IMG/VR virus record: IMGVR_UViG_3300032083_001059 | Coordinates: 1 to 60,563 of that record | Direction: 5' to 3' (one strand) | Length of the DNA stretch: 60,563 nucleotides | Origin: a virus | Taxonomy: Duplodnaviria > Caudoviricetes | Shown: one piece after another, positions 46,363 through 54,022 of the stretch | How the letters are laid out: each line of letters begins with the position of its first letter | Position numbering within the stretch: position 1 is the first letter of the stretch | Notes under the pieces: model-generated | Database searches by the model: none | What the model saw: only the letters and a program-made list of their open reading frames with translations | Told to the model about the DNA's origin: nothing | Position numbers and translations under genes: made by a program

Positions 46363-46554
46363 ATGAATAAAAATTATAAAGTTTTAAGTGAATTTTATGG
46401 AAATGAAATTGAAACTAATAAAGTAATAGTAGTTTTCAATGGTTTAAGGCAAAGATATGAAGTCATGCATGATGGTGTTTTAGTGGACTCATGCTTAACA
46501 GAGCAAGTAGCACAAAACGCTGCAGAGGACTATATCAATGAAAAAGGTTTATGA
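46363..46554 (+). CDS. hypothetical protein
   Basis: GGAG RBS; AQNAAEDY. Confidence 0.6.
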   Translation: MNKNYKVLSEFYGNEIETNKVIVVFNGLRQRYEVMHDGVLVDSCLTEQVAQNAAEDYINEKGL

Positions 46555-46744
46555 AAAAAAACCAATTTCTGAATTAAAAAAAGACTTTAAAAAAGTCGTA
46601 AATGAAATTAATTTAGATTACGAAAAACTCATAAGAAATGCTAACTCTGCATTACAAAATGGTAAGAGTGATTGGAGTAAAAACTATTGGGGAACAGTAG
46701 TTGCACAATTAGAGAGAAAATCTAAAAAACCATTATTGAATTGA
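46538..46744 (+). CDS. hypothetical protein
   Basis: SDWSKNYW motif. Confidence 0.55.
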   Translation: MKKVYEKKPISELKKDFKKVVNEINLDYEKLIRNANSALQNGKSDWSKNYWGTVVAQLERKSKKPLLN

Positions 46745-46755
46745 GGTAATAAATT

Positions 46756-47631
46756 ATGACACTCGCACTTATTGTTTTAGGTGTTGCACTTGCAATATCT
46801 GGAGTAGCTGCATTTTATAGTATCGTAGGTTTGATGGCGATATTTTCTGCAGCTTCAAGTTCAATCGCAATCATGGGAACTGTATTGGAAGTTGGTAAAC
46901 TTGCAACAGCATCATGGTTGTATCAAAATTGGAAAAAAATACCAAAGTTACTTAAATACTATTTGACAAGTGCAGTCGTAGTTCTTATGTTTATCACAAG
47001 TATGGGTATCTTTGGTTATCTATCTAAATCACACATAGACGCTGGAACAGGCACATCAGAATTATATGTTAAGTTAGAAAGACTTGACAGTAATATAGAA
47101 TCAGAAAAAAAAGATATTAGTCGTGCAGAAAGTCAATTAGAAAAGTTAGACTCTGCACTTGAAAAATATATTGAACTTGATGCAGTTTCAAAAGGATTAA
47201 GAAAACGAGATGAGCAAAAACCAGAGAGAGATAAACTTTCACAAATAGTAGAAGAATCTCAAGATAAGATTGATGTATATTTAGATGAGCGTGCAGAGAT
47301 ACAATTACAAATCAAAAGTTTTGAAGTAGAAGTTGGGCCACTCAAATATATTTCTGCACTTATATTTGGTGAAAGTGATTCTGTTAATTACTTGGACAAA
47401 GCAGTTCGTTATGTAATTATATTATTGATATTTGTTTTTGATCCACTTGCAGTATTAATGTTAATAGCCGCAAATATGAGCTTAAAAGAAGAGCAACAAA
47501 AAAGAAAAAGAAAAGAAAAAGTAAAGATTCCAAAAGATGCAATGAAAACTAAAGTAACAAACGATGAGCAAACTGGTATGAAGTTAGTTACTAAAGAAAA
47601 GAATGGAGTTCAAATACAATATTATGAGTAG
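46756..47631 (+). CDS. multi-TM plus coiled-coil conserved phage membrane protein
   Basis: YSIVGL, LEVGKL, TSMGIFGYLSK, EVGPLKY, FVFDPLAV. Confidence 0.75.
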   Translation: MTLALIVLGVALAISGVAAFYSIVGLMAIFSAASSSIAIMGTVLEVGKLATASWLYQNWKKIPKLLKYYLTSAVVVLMFITSMGIFGYLSKSHIDAGTGTSELYVKLERLDSNIESEKKDISRAESQLEKLDSALEKYIELDAVSKGLRKRDEQKPERDKLSQIVEESQDKIDVYLDERAEIQLQIKSFEVEVGPLKYISALIFGESDSVNYLDKAVRYVIILLIFVFDPLAVLMLIAANMSLKEEQQKRKRKEKVKIPKDAMKTKVTNDEQTGMKLVTKEKNGVQIQYYE

Positions 47632-47911
47632 GTTTAAATATAAAATTGTTGAAATAGATTATTCAGTATGTGAAATTGCAGTAAGATATTGGACAGATGG
47701 AATGACATCATATGATGCAAATGTGCAAAGTATCAGATTTTATCCAGACGAAATAAAAGATTTGACACTAGAGGAATTTGATAGATTTATTTACAAGAAT
47801 GTTGAAGTTGATTTTAAAAATCTTATAAAAAGACTTCAAGAATATAAAGATGGTAAGTTTGATGTTTTGGAAAAAGCATCTAACACAGTAAGAGTATTAG
47901 ATGTCGTGTAA
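47624..47911 (+). CDS. hypothetical protein
   Basis: Operon ORF. Confidence 0.55.
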   Translation: MSRFKYKIVEIDYSVCEIAVRYWTDGMTSYDANVQSIRFYPDEIKDLTLEEFDRFIYKNVEVDFKNLIKRLQEYKDGKFDVLEKASNTVRVLDVV

Positions 47912-48527
47912 GTTTGAGTATGAGATAAGAAAGCCACTCTTATTAAGAAATTTAATTAGAAATAATTTTACAGTTAAAGAAAGTGATTTACATGAGAGTG
48001 TAATTAATGAACTCCAGCAAGTCGCTGACTATTGCTCAATTAGTGGTGTAAGTAATTTAATACAATCTAAAAAAATATTTTATAGCCACTCTGTTTACCT
48101 AGTTGATGAAATAAGATTTGCATCATTTACATATTCAGATGAGTATTATAATCATTTTAAGTTTCAAGATGGAAAAATGACGGATTACTATGAGGAAACA
48201 ACTGCACATATGTTTAATAATCATCAAACATGGAAGCAGTGGAATCCAGATACAAAAGAATTAGAACACATTTATAATTTTAAAAATAAAGTAGAAACAA
48301 AATATGACTTACAAGGTAATAAGATTGGACAATTACTTTTAGATATTAACATACCATTTAATGATATACATAATAAGATAAAAGAATCAGAAATACCAAG
48401 AGATGAATTTCACGCAAGAGCTTGGGGATTTAAAAACTATGGTAGAGTGGTTGAATTTTGGCCAAGAGGTTCATACCAAAGTTTTACAGTAAGGAAAATA
48501 AAATGTATGAATACAGATGTAGAATAA
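47901..48527 (+). CDS. hypothetical protein
   Basis: 208-aa ORF. Confidence 0.6.
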   Translation: MSCKFEYEIRKPLLLRNLIRNNFTVKESDLHESVINELQQVADYCSISGVSNLIQSKKIFYSHSVYLVDEIRFASFTYSDEYYNHFKFQDGKMTDYYEETTAHMFNNHQTWKQWNPDTKELEHIYNFKNKVETKYDLQGNKIGQLLLDINIPFNDIHNKIKESEIPRDEFHARAWGFKNYGRVVEFWPRGSYQSFTVRKIKCMNTDVE

Positions 48528-48928
48528 TAAAAGTAGTTGATGGTGATACAGTTGATGTTGATATTGATTTAGGGTTTGGTGTTTGGATGCATAATGAACG
48601 CATAAGATTATATGGAATTGATACACCAGAATCAAGAACAAGAGATTTAGAAGAAAAGAAATATGGATTACTTGCAAAAGAGTATGTTTTGAAAGCGTTA
48701 CCTATTGGAAGTGAACAAATCTTAATTACTATGAAAGATAAAACTGGTAAGTTTGGTAGGATATTAGGAAAGTTTAAAATTGTTTTAGCTGACATAGAAA
48801 CTACTTTAAATGAGTTAATGGTTATAAACCATCATGCAGTAGAGTATCATGGGCAATCAAAACAAGAAATTGCAAACAAACATTTAGCAAACAGAAAACT
48901 AGTTGAGAATCAAATTGTATATAAATAG
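48503..48928 (+). CDS. thermonuclease (SNase-like)
   Basis: VVDGDT, IRLYGIDTPE, GKFGRILG. Confidence 0.9.
   Translation: MYEYRCRIIKVVDGDTVDVDIDLGFGVWMHNERIRLYGIDTPESRTRDLEEKKYGLLAKEYVLKALPIGSEQILITMKDKTGKFGRILGKFKIVLADIETTLNELMVINHHAVEYHGQSKQEIANKHLANRKLVENQIVYK
48920..48927 (+). promoter_or_regulatory. T4-type late promoter TATAAATA
   Basis: Exact consensus. Confidence 0.75.
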
Positions 48929-49007
48929 TTCAAAGGAAAATAGAGTTCGTTATCAAAATAAGTTAAATTTACTGACAAATCAAAATTCTATTTTAGGAGT
49001 TGAAAAA

Positions 49008-49214
49008 ATGAGTAGTATATCAAATGTAACACAAGGTATTAACGCAGATATTTTAACAAACATGAAATCATCAAAAAAGATTTTAAGCAAGGTAGCTGAA
49101 GATAGACAACAGGCTGCAATAGAATCTAAAGAATATTTTAAAGAAGTAATAAACAAATCAACTGAAATAAAAGACAATGTTGCTAAAGGTATTAATGTAG
49201 ACATTACAGTTTAG
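49008..49214 (+). CDS. small protein with YjfB/flagellar-like C-terminus
   Basis: AGGAG RBS; MSSISNV...KGINVDITV. Confidence 0.6.
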   Translation: MSSISNVTQGINADILTNMKSSKKILSKVAEDRQQAAIESKEYFKEVINKSTEIKDNVAKGINVDITV

Positions 49215-49307
49215 TATAATTATTATTCCTTTTAGGAATTAGAAAATCTTCTAAATAATAGTGTACAGAGGAAAAGGCCTTTTCCCATAATTAGAAAGGG
49301 GAAAAGA

Positions 49308-49412
49308 ATGTACAGAACACTTAAAAAAATATATATTTCACTTTTACAAGCACAAAAAAAGTCTGCATTGCAGAGGCTACGCTACTATCGTGGAGAAGGT
49401 GTAAGATTATGA
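49308..49412 (+). CDS. small basic protein (34 aa, not in ORF track)
   Basis: AAGGGG RBS; ATGA coupling to next ORF. Confidence 0.45.
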   Translation: MYRTLKKIYISLLQAQKKSALQRLRYYRGEGVRL

Positions 49413-49585
49413 AAAAATTTTTTACTAATATTTTTGACTGGTTTCAAACACTAGATGTAAAACTTTACAACAAAAGATTAGAAAGATTTGTTGGTAAAGT
49501 AAACTCTGTGTCAGAAGCAGAGTATAAAATTAGAGAGTTTGAGAAAAAAGAAAGGGAAATGAATTTATTTTCTTATCGTCCCTGA
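49409..49585 (+). CDS. small protein (58 aa, not in ORF track)
   Basis: MKKFFTNIFDWF...SVSEAEYKIREFE. Confidence 0.5.
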   Translation: MKKFFTNIFDWFQTLDVKLYNKRLERFVGKVNSVSEAEYKIREFEKKEREMNLFSYRP

Positions 49586-49716
49586 CCTCTATAAAGTTTA
49601 AACTGCCTCCTTTTATGTTTATTCATCATCTGTAAAGAAGGCTTCTTTCCCATAGAGGTCTTCTTATACTTTGATTGAGTTTCAAAAGTTGAGGTTTCTT
49701 TAAATCTTTTTGCCAT
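49573..49716 (-). CDS. small basic protein ending YRGQGR (47 aa, not in ORF track)
   Basis: MAKRF...KKTSMG...MNKHKRRQFKLYRGQGR; AAGGA RBS. Confidence 0.7.
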   Translation of the reverse strand: MAKRFKETSTFETQSKYKKTSMGKKPSLQMMNKHKRRQFKLYRGQGR

Positions 49717-49882
49717 GTTTTATTGTTTCCTTCATTTCATTAATTCTATTTTCTAAAACTGAAATAGTTGTATGTAGATGTCCAGTAGCTTGTGGTTCTA
49801 ATCTACCTTTTAAAATACTAATTTCCTCTTGCAATACAGCTATTTTTACATCTTCTATCATCATACCTAAATCATTTGTCAT
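49700..49882 (-). CDS. hypothetical protein
   Basis: ATGHLHTTISVLENRI; AGGAG RBS. Confidence 0.6.
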   Translation of the reverse strand: MTNDLGMMIEDVKIAVLQEEISILKGRLEPQATGHLHTTISVLENRINEMKETIKHGKKI

Positions 49883-49899
49883 TGTAGTATTATTTACTC

Positions 49900-50163
49900 C
49901 TATAAATTATTGTTATAGTCTATGTATGTATCCCTAGTCATACAGCCTTGCTCAACAATTTTATAGGTTGGTTTATTTCCCTTAAATTTGTTGCACAAAT
50001 GTTTCTCTAACGATTTTTGAATATATTCTTGCATAGGTTCAGAATTTAAGTAGTATCCACATTCTGAATATGATAAATATTGTTCTTTATGTTGAACATA
50101 TCTGTGAATTTCTTCATTATCACTACCAAGAAACATTATTAATATTGTTATATAGTATACCAT
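49900..50163 (-). CDS. secreted hypothetical protein
   Basis: Hydrophobic N-terminus, Cys residues. Confidence 0.5.
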   Translation of the reverse strand: MVYYITILIMFLGSDNEEIHRYVQHKEQYLSYSECGYYLNSEPMQEYIQKSLEKHLCNKFKGNKPTYKIVEQGCMTRDTYIDYNNNL

Positions 50164-50270
50164 AATGTTTATTTATTGTGCATAAAATGTGCATGTTATA
50201 TTACCTAAATAATAGTAACTATTGAATTGAAGTTTTCGTGTTGCTGTGTTATGAAATACGGAGACAAGAT

Positions 50271-50774
50271 TTGATAGATCCAGTAACTGCATTTGCAGCT
50301 GCAACTACAGCCTTCAAAGGAATTAAAGCACTCGTTAATGCTGGACGAGAGGTTGAAGATGTTACCAGCCAGATTGGTAAGTGGTTTAGTGCAGTCGCAG
50401 ATTATCAGCATGCAGCTGCTGAAAAGAAAAAAGCAAATGAAAGTGGTGTTAAAAAATTATTTGCGCCACAAAGTGTTGAGCAAGAAGCACTTGAATATGT
50501 GATGCATAAGAAAAAAATTAGAGAAATGGAGAGAGACTTAAAAAATATGTTAACTTGGGGTAATTATCCATCTGGTATGTATGAGGAGATGATACAAGCT
50601 AGAAGAAGAATTAAAAGAGAGCGTGAAGAGGCTGTTTATAAAAAAGAACGCATGAAAAGGGATATAATTACCAACATAATATATTTTAGTATACTCGGAG
50701 TTGTCTTGTTTCTAACATGGTGGGTAATTGGAACAATTGTTGATATGTGGCCAGAATCGTCAGGTGAAGAATGA
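50271..50774 (+). CDS. conserved phage protein with C-terminal TM
   Basis: IDPVTA.AAATTAFKGIK; GGAG then TTG. Confidence 0.65.
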   Translation: MIDPVTAFAAATTAFKGIKALVNAGREVEDVTSQIGKWFSAVADYQHAAAEKKKANESGVKKLFAPQSVEQEALEYVMHKKKIREMERDLKNMLTWGNYPSGMYEEMIQARRRIKREREEAVYKKERMKRDIITNIIYFSILGVVLFLTWWVIGTIVDMWPESSGEE

Positions 50775-50897
50775 CTTCATTTAGTTGTGGGTGTAGTTTT
50801 TTAGACATACTCATTGCAGTATTTGTTCTCTTATCGTTACCATTCTTTATAATATTCTCTGTATACGCATATATAAAAGTTGGAAAGTGAGATTAAA

Positions 50898-51176
50898 ATG
50901 AAATATTGGTTATCAGTAGTATCTATGCTACTCGCATCATGTTTATTATATGTGTTAACTCTAAACACAATGATACACGCAAAAGAAATTGATTGGTCAA
51001 AATATGATTTACCAGACATAGGTGAAGATAAAATGTGGTGCATGTTTACTGAATATGAGATGGTAAATGAAGAGCGACAATTTATGATATGCACATACAC
51101 TTGTCAAAATGGTATGCTAGTAAATATGCCAGGCATTGGTAGATGCAGACGAGATATTCAAGAAATTAGGTGGTAA
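50898..51176 (+). CDS. secreted Cys-rich hypothetical protein
   Basis: Signal peptide; C...CTYTC...C. Confidence 0.55.
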   Translation: MKYWLSVVSMLLASCLLYVLTLNTMIHAKEIDWSKYDLPDIGEDKMWCMFTEYEMVNEERQFMICTYTCQNGMLVNMPGIGRCRRDIQEIRW

Positions 51177-51437
51177 AATGGTATTTACTTTTTTCTGCCG
51201 TCTACACTCATATTTATAAAAATTACAAACTCAAGTGAAACCAGAAACTAAAAAATTGATAAGACAAATAATTTTTGAAATTATATTACCAATAGCATTA
51301 CTTATTTGGTTTATGTCATGGTTATTAGGGCCAGTAGGAAAAGGATAATGAAAAAGATAATAGAGAAAATAAAACTTAAATTAAAATACAAATCTACTAC
51401 ATGGGTAAAACCATATTTTGAAGATTGTTTATAATAC

Positions 51438-51467
51438 TTGACACCTATATACTATCTGTGGTAACAT
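51438..51467 (+). promoter_or_regulatory. sigma70-type promoter TTGACA-18-TAACAT (extended -10)
   Basis: Near consensus, upstream of oxygenase operon. Confidence 0.65.
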
Positions 51468-51499
51468 GATAAAAATTTAGAAAATGAGGATAGTATACT

Positions 51500-52342
51500 A
51501 TGAAATTAAAAGACACACCAAATCCAGAGCAACCAAAAACGCAAGCAGATTACTGGAAAAATAAAAAAGTTTACGAAAAAGTTCAATACCAGATTAATAA
51601 TTTCTTTGGGCCACCACTTGCAAGAATTGTTGTTCCACAAGAAATAGTTGATGGGTTAAACAAAACAGTAGACAGAAAACTTAATGAGCAATATAAAACT
51701 CATGGGGATAGATTAGTTGGTCAGATTAATCACGAGCCTGACTTGTCACTTCAAGATTTAGATGAGTCTGGAGCTGCACATTTTTTTCATTCATGCACAG
51801 CATCTTTTGTTCACCAAGTTCTATCATCAAGATTTGGTGGCAGAGAAAATTTAAAAAAGAATTTTCAGCTTTCAGTTCTATATAAAAGTGCATGGGCAGT
51901 TTGTCAATATGAAAATGAATATAATCCAGTTCACTTTCACACAGATTGTGACATCAGTTCAGTCATGTATCTTAAAATACCAAAGTATGAAAAAAGATGG
52001 GATGACACAAAGCCATATAAACAAAATTGGGTAGATGGGAATATTGAATTTATTGCTAACTCTGCTGGAACAATGGGATTAGAAATGGGTACTTATCAGC
52101 ACACTCCACAAGTAGGAGAGTTATTTTTATTCCCATCAAATTTACTTCACACAGTATATCCATTTTTAGGTAAAGGTGAAAGAAGAAGTCTTGCATTTAA
52201 CATGTCATATCAACTTAGAGATTTAGAAAGAGGTGTAGTTGTTAATGGGTTTAACGATCCAGTTGGACTTGGAGATGGTGGAATGGGAGCTTCAATGATT
52301 CCTAAACCTATTCACGACATGGTGCAAAGTAGAAAAAAATGA
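51500..52342 (+). CDS. 2OG-Fe(II) oxygenase superfamily
   Basis: YNPVHFH, ISSVMYL, FPSNLLHTVYP, RRSLAFN. Confidence 0.85.
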   Translation: MKLKDTPNPEQPKTQADYWKNKKVYEKVQYQINNFFGPPLARIVVPQEIVDGLNKTVDRKLNEQYKTHGDRLVGQINHEPDLSLQDLDESGAAHFFHSCTASFVHQVLSSRFGGRENLKKNFQLSVLYKSAWAVCQYENEYNPVHFHTDCDISSVMYLKIPKYEKRWDDTKPYKQNWVDGNIEFIANSAGTMGLEMGTYQHTPQVGELFLFPSNLLHTVYPFLGKGERRSLAFNMSYQLRDLERGVVVNGFNDPVGLGDGGMGASMIPKPIHDMVQSRKK

Positions 52343-52725
52343 AGTTTAAAAGAAAACCAGAATGGTGGGTTTGGGTAATTGTTTTTTTACAAGTGGCATT
52401 ATCTGCATTTTTAATTTTTTTATCATACACAAGTGCAGATGATGAGTTTTTAAAAGTTAATGATCCAGTGTATTCTATTTTTAAAAAGGAGAGATGCACA
52501 AAATGTCATGCATTAAAAGAAGATTTGGGTGGCCCATCATTTACTGCAATATCAATCAGATACAAAGATGCTGATACTACAAAAATTCGCACACTATCAA
52601 AAACTATTATGTATGGTGGTGTTGGTAATTGGGGTGATATTCCAATGCCTCCAAGTAGTGTTCACGACCAGCAAGCAGAACTGATAGTGAGATGGATTTT
52701 AAGACTACCACATGAAGATTTATAG
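52339..52725 (+). CDS. class I c-type cytochrome (c551/c552-like) with N-terminal anchor
   Basis: CTKCH, GPSF..I..RY, GGVGNWGDIPMPP. Confidence 0.88.
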   Translation: MKFKRKPEWWVWVIVFLQVALSAFLIFLSYTSADDEFLKVNDPVYSIFKKERCTKCHALKEDLGGPSFTAISIRYKDADTTKIRTLSKTIMYGGVGNWGDIPMPPSSVHDQQAELIVRWILRLPHEDL

Positions 52726-53065
52726 GCCACTACCTAGTTGCTTATCTATAGAGCCATCTGAAATACATGGATTAGGACTTGTCGCAATAGATGATATTGA
52801 AGAAAATACTAATTTAGGTGTTACTCATTTTTTTACTGGAATTGAAATTATAAGAACGCCTCTTGGTGGATTTGGTAATCACTCGGAAACGCCAAACTGT
52901 AGAAAACAAAAGTTGCCTTGGGAAATTGAAGTTGGTTTGTTTGGAGATTTGTGGATACTAATCACAAATCGTTATATAGAATGTGGTGAGGAAATAACTT
53001 GGCAATATGACTTTTACAATCCAACAATAAAAGATAATGGAGATAAAACTTTTGGAATTATTTGA
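52712..53065 (+). CDS. SET-domain protein
   Basis: SEIHGLGL.A, NHS..PNC, GEEITWQY. Confidence 0.8.
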   Translation: MKIYRPLPSCLSIEPSEIHGLGLVAIDDIEENTNLGVTHFFTGIEIIRTPLGGFGNHSETPNCRKQKLPWEIEVGLFGDLWILITNRYIECGEEITWQYDFYNPTIKDNGDKTFGII

Positions 53066-53501
53066 TTCAGTAACAGATTTTACTATTGAAAAAGATATTG
53101 TACGCCCAGAGTATGATAGAAACTTTCGTATTGGTTCAAATCGTGAAGTATTTGGATGGGGAGAAGAAAGTAATTATGCATCTTTGTGCTGTATTGCATA
53201 TTGCAGTGAAATACCTACAACTATGAAAGAGTTGGAAGATGATACCTCTATAATATCACCACACAAATCAGATATTGCAGTTGCGTATACTATATGGAAT
53301 AATTCTGACACAGTTAAAGGTGCAGGCCGATCTTTGATACTTGCACTTCAAGAATATTTTTCTTTTGACAGAAATATTATGAGATTAGTAACTTTATCAC
53401 CACTAACTGAAATGGCAAAAAAGTTTCACTTGTCTAATGGTGCAAAGTTATTACAAACTAATAGTGAGAGTTACAATTTTGAATACAAAATTTCAAATTA
53501 A
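53037..53501 (+). CDS. GNAT-fold protein (malonyl-CoA decarboxylase-like motifs)
   Basis: AVAYTIW...KGAGRSLI...LVTLSP..A.KFH..NGA. Confidence 0.6.
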   Translation: MEIKLLELFDSVTDFTIEKDIVRPEYDRNFRIGSNREVFGWGEESNYASLCCIAYCSEIPTTMKELEDDTSIISPHKSDIAVAYTIWNNSDTVKGAGRSLILALQEYFSFDRNIMRLVTLSPLTEMAKKFHLSNGAKLLQTNSESYNFEYKISN

Positions 53502-53991
53502 AAAACATAAATTATCAATTAATACAAAACCAATTAAAGAATATGCACTCTCTTTAAGTGAGGGTAGAGAGGTATCTAATGTTGGTGGGTTTCAATCAAC
53601 TAAATTTATAGAGCCACCAAAAATATGTGAGGATTTGTTTACAGAGATAGAAAAACATCTCCCTAGAAAAATGATACTATCATCTCTATGGTTTAACATT
53701 AATGGTAAGAATAATTACAATATAAAACACAATCACGAAGATAAAAAAACTTATATGGTAAAGCATGGTGATAGATGGATATTAGTCAATCACTTAAATG
53801 GATTGAGTGGTGTGTTTTACATAGATGTTCCAGATGAAAACATGGGTGATATTGTTTTTGACAATGATAGAATATCACCAAAGACAAATGATTTAATTTT
53901 ATTTTCAAATCTTGAAAAGCATGAAGTTGAAAAAAACAAATCTGACATGAAAAGAATTAGTTTAGCTTTTAATTATGGTGATAAGGTTTGA
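53479..53991 (+). CDS. 2OG-Fe(II) oxygenase superfamily
   Basis: SNVGGFQS, WFNIN, HNH, SGVFY, HEV, RISLAFN; start uncertain. Confidence 0.75.
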   Translation: MNTKFQIKKHKLSINTKPIKEYALSLSEGREVSNVGGFQSTKFIEPPKICEDLFTEIEKHLPRKMILSSLWFNINGKNNYNIKHNHEDKKTYMVKHGDRWILVNHLNGLSGVFYIDVPDENMGDIVFDNDRISPKTNDLILFSNLEKHEVEKNKSDMKRISLAFNYGDKV

Positions 53992-54016
53992 CACCACCAC
54001 TTAACTATGATATCAT
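53988..54016 (+). promoter_or_regulatory. sigma70-type promoter TTGACA-17-TATCAT (extended -10)
   Basis: Upstream of gene 43. Confidence 0.7.
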
Positions 54017-54022
54017 TATACA

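Noticed and set aside
51185-51218. Minus-strand TATAAATA with micro-ORF MSVDGRKK
   Set aside because: The ATG overlaps the promoter box so it would not be transcribed from it; 8 codons is chance-level.
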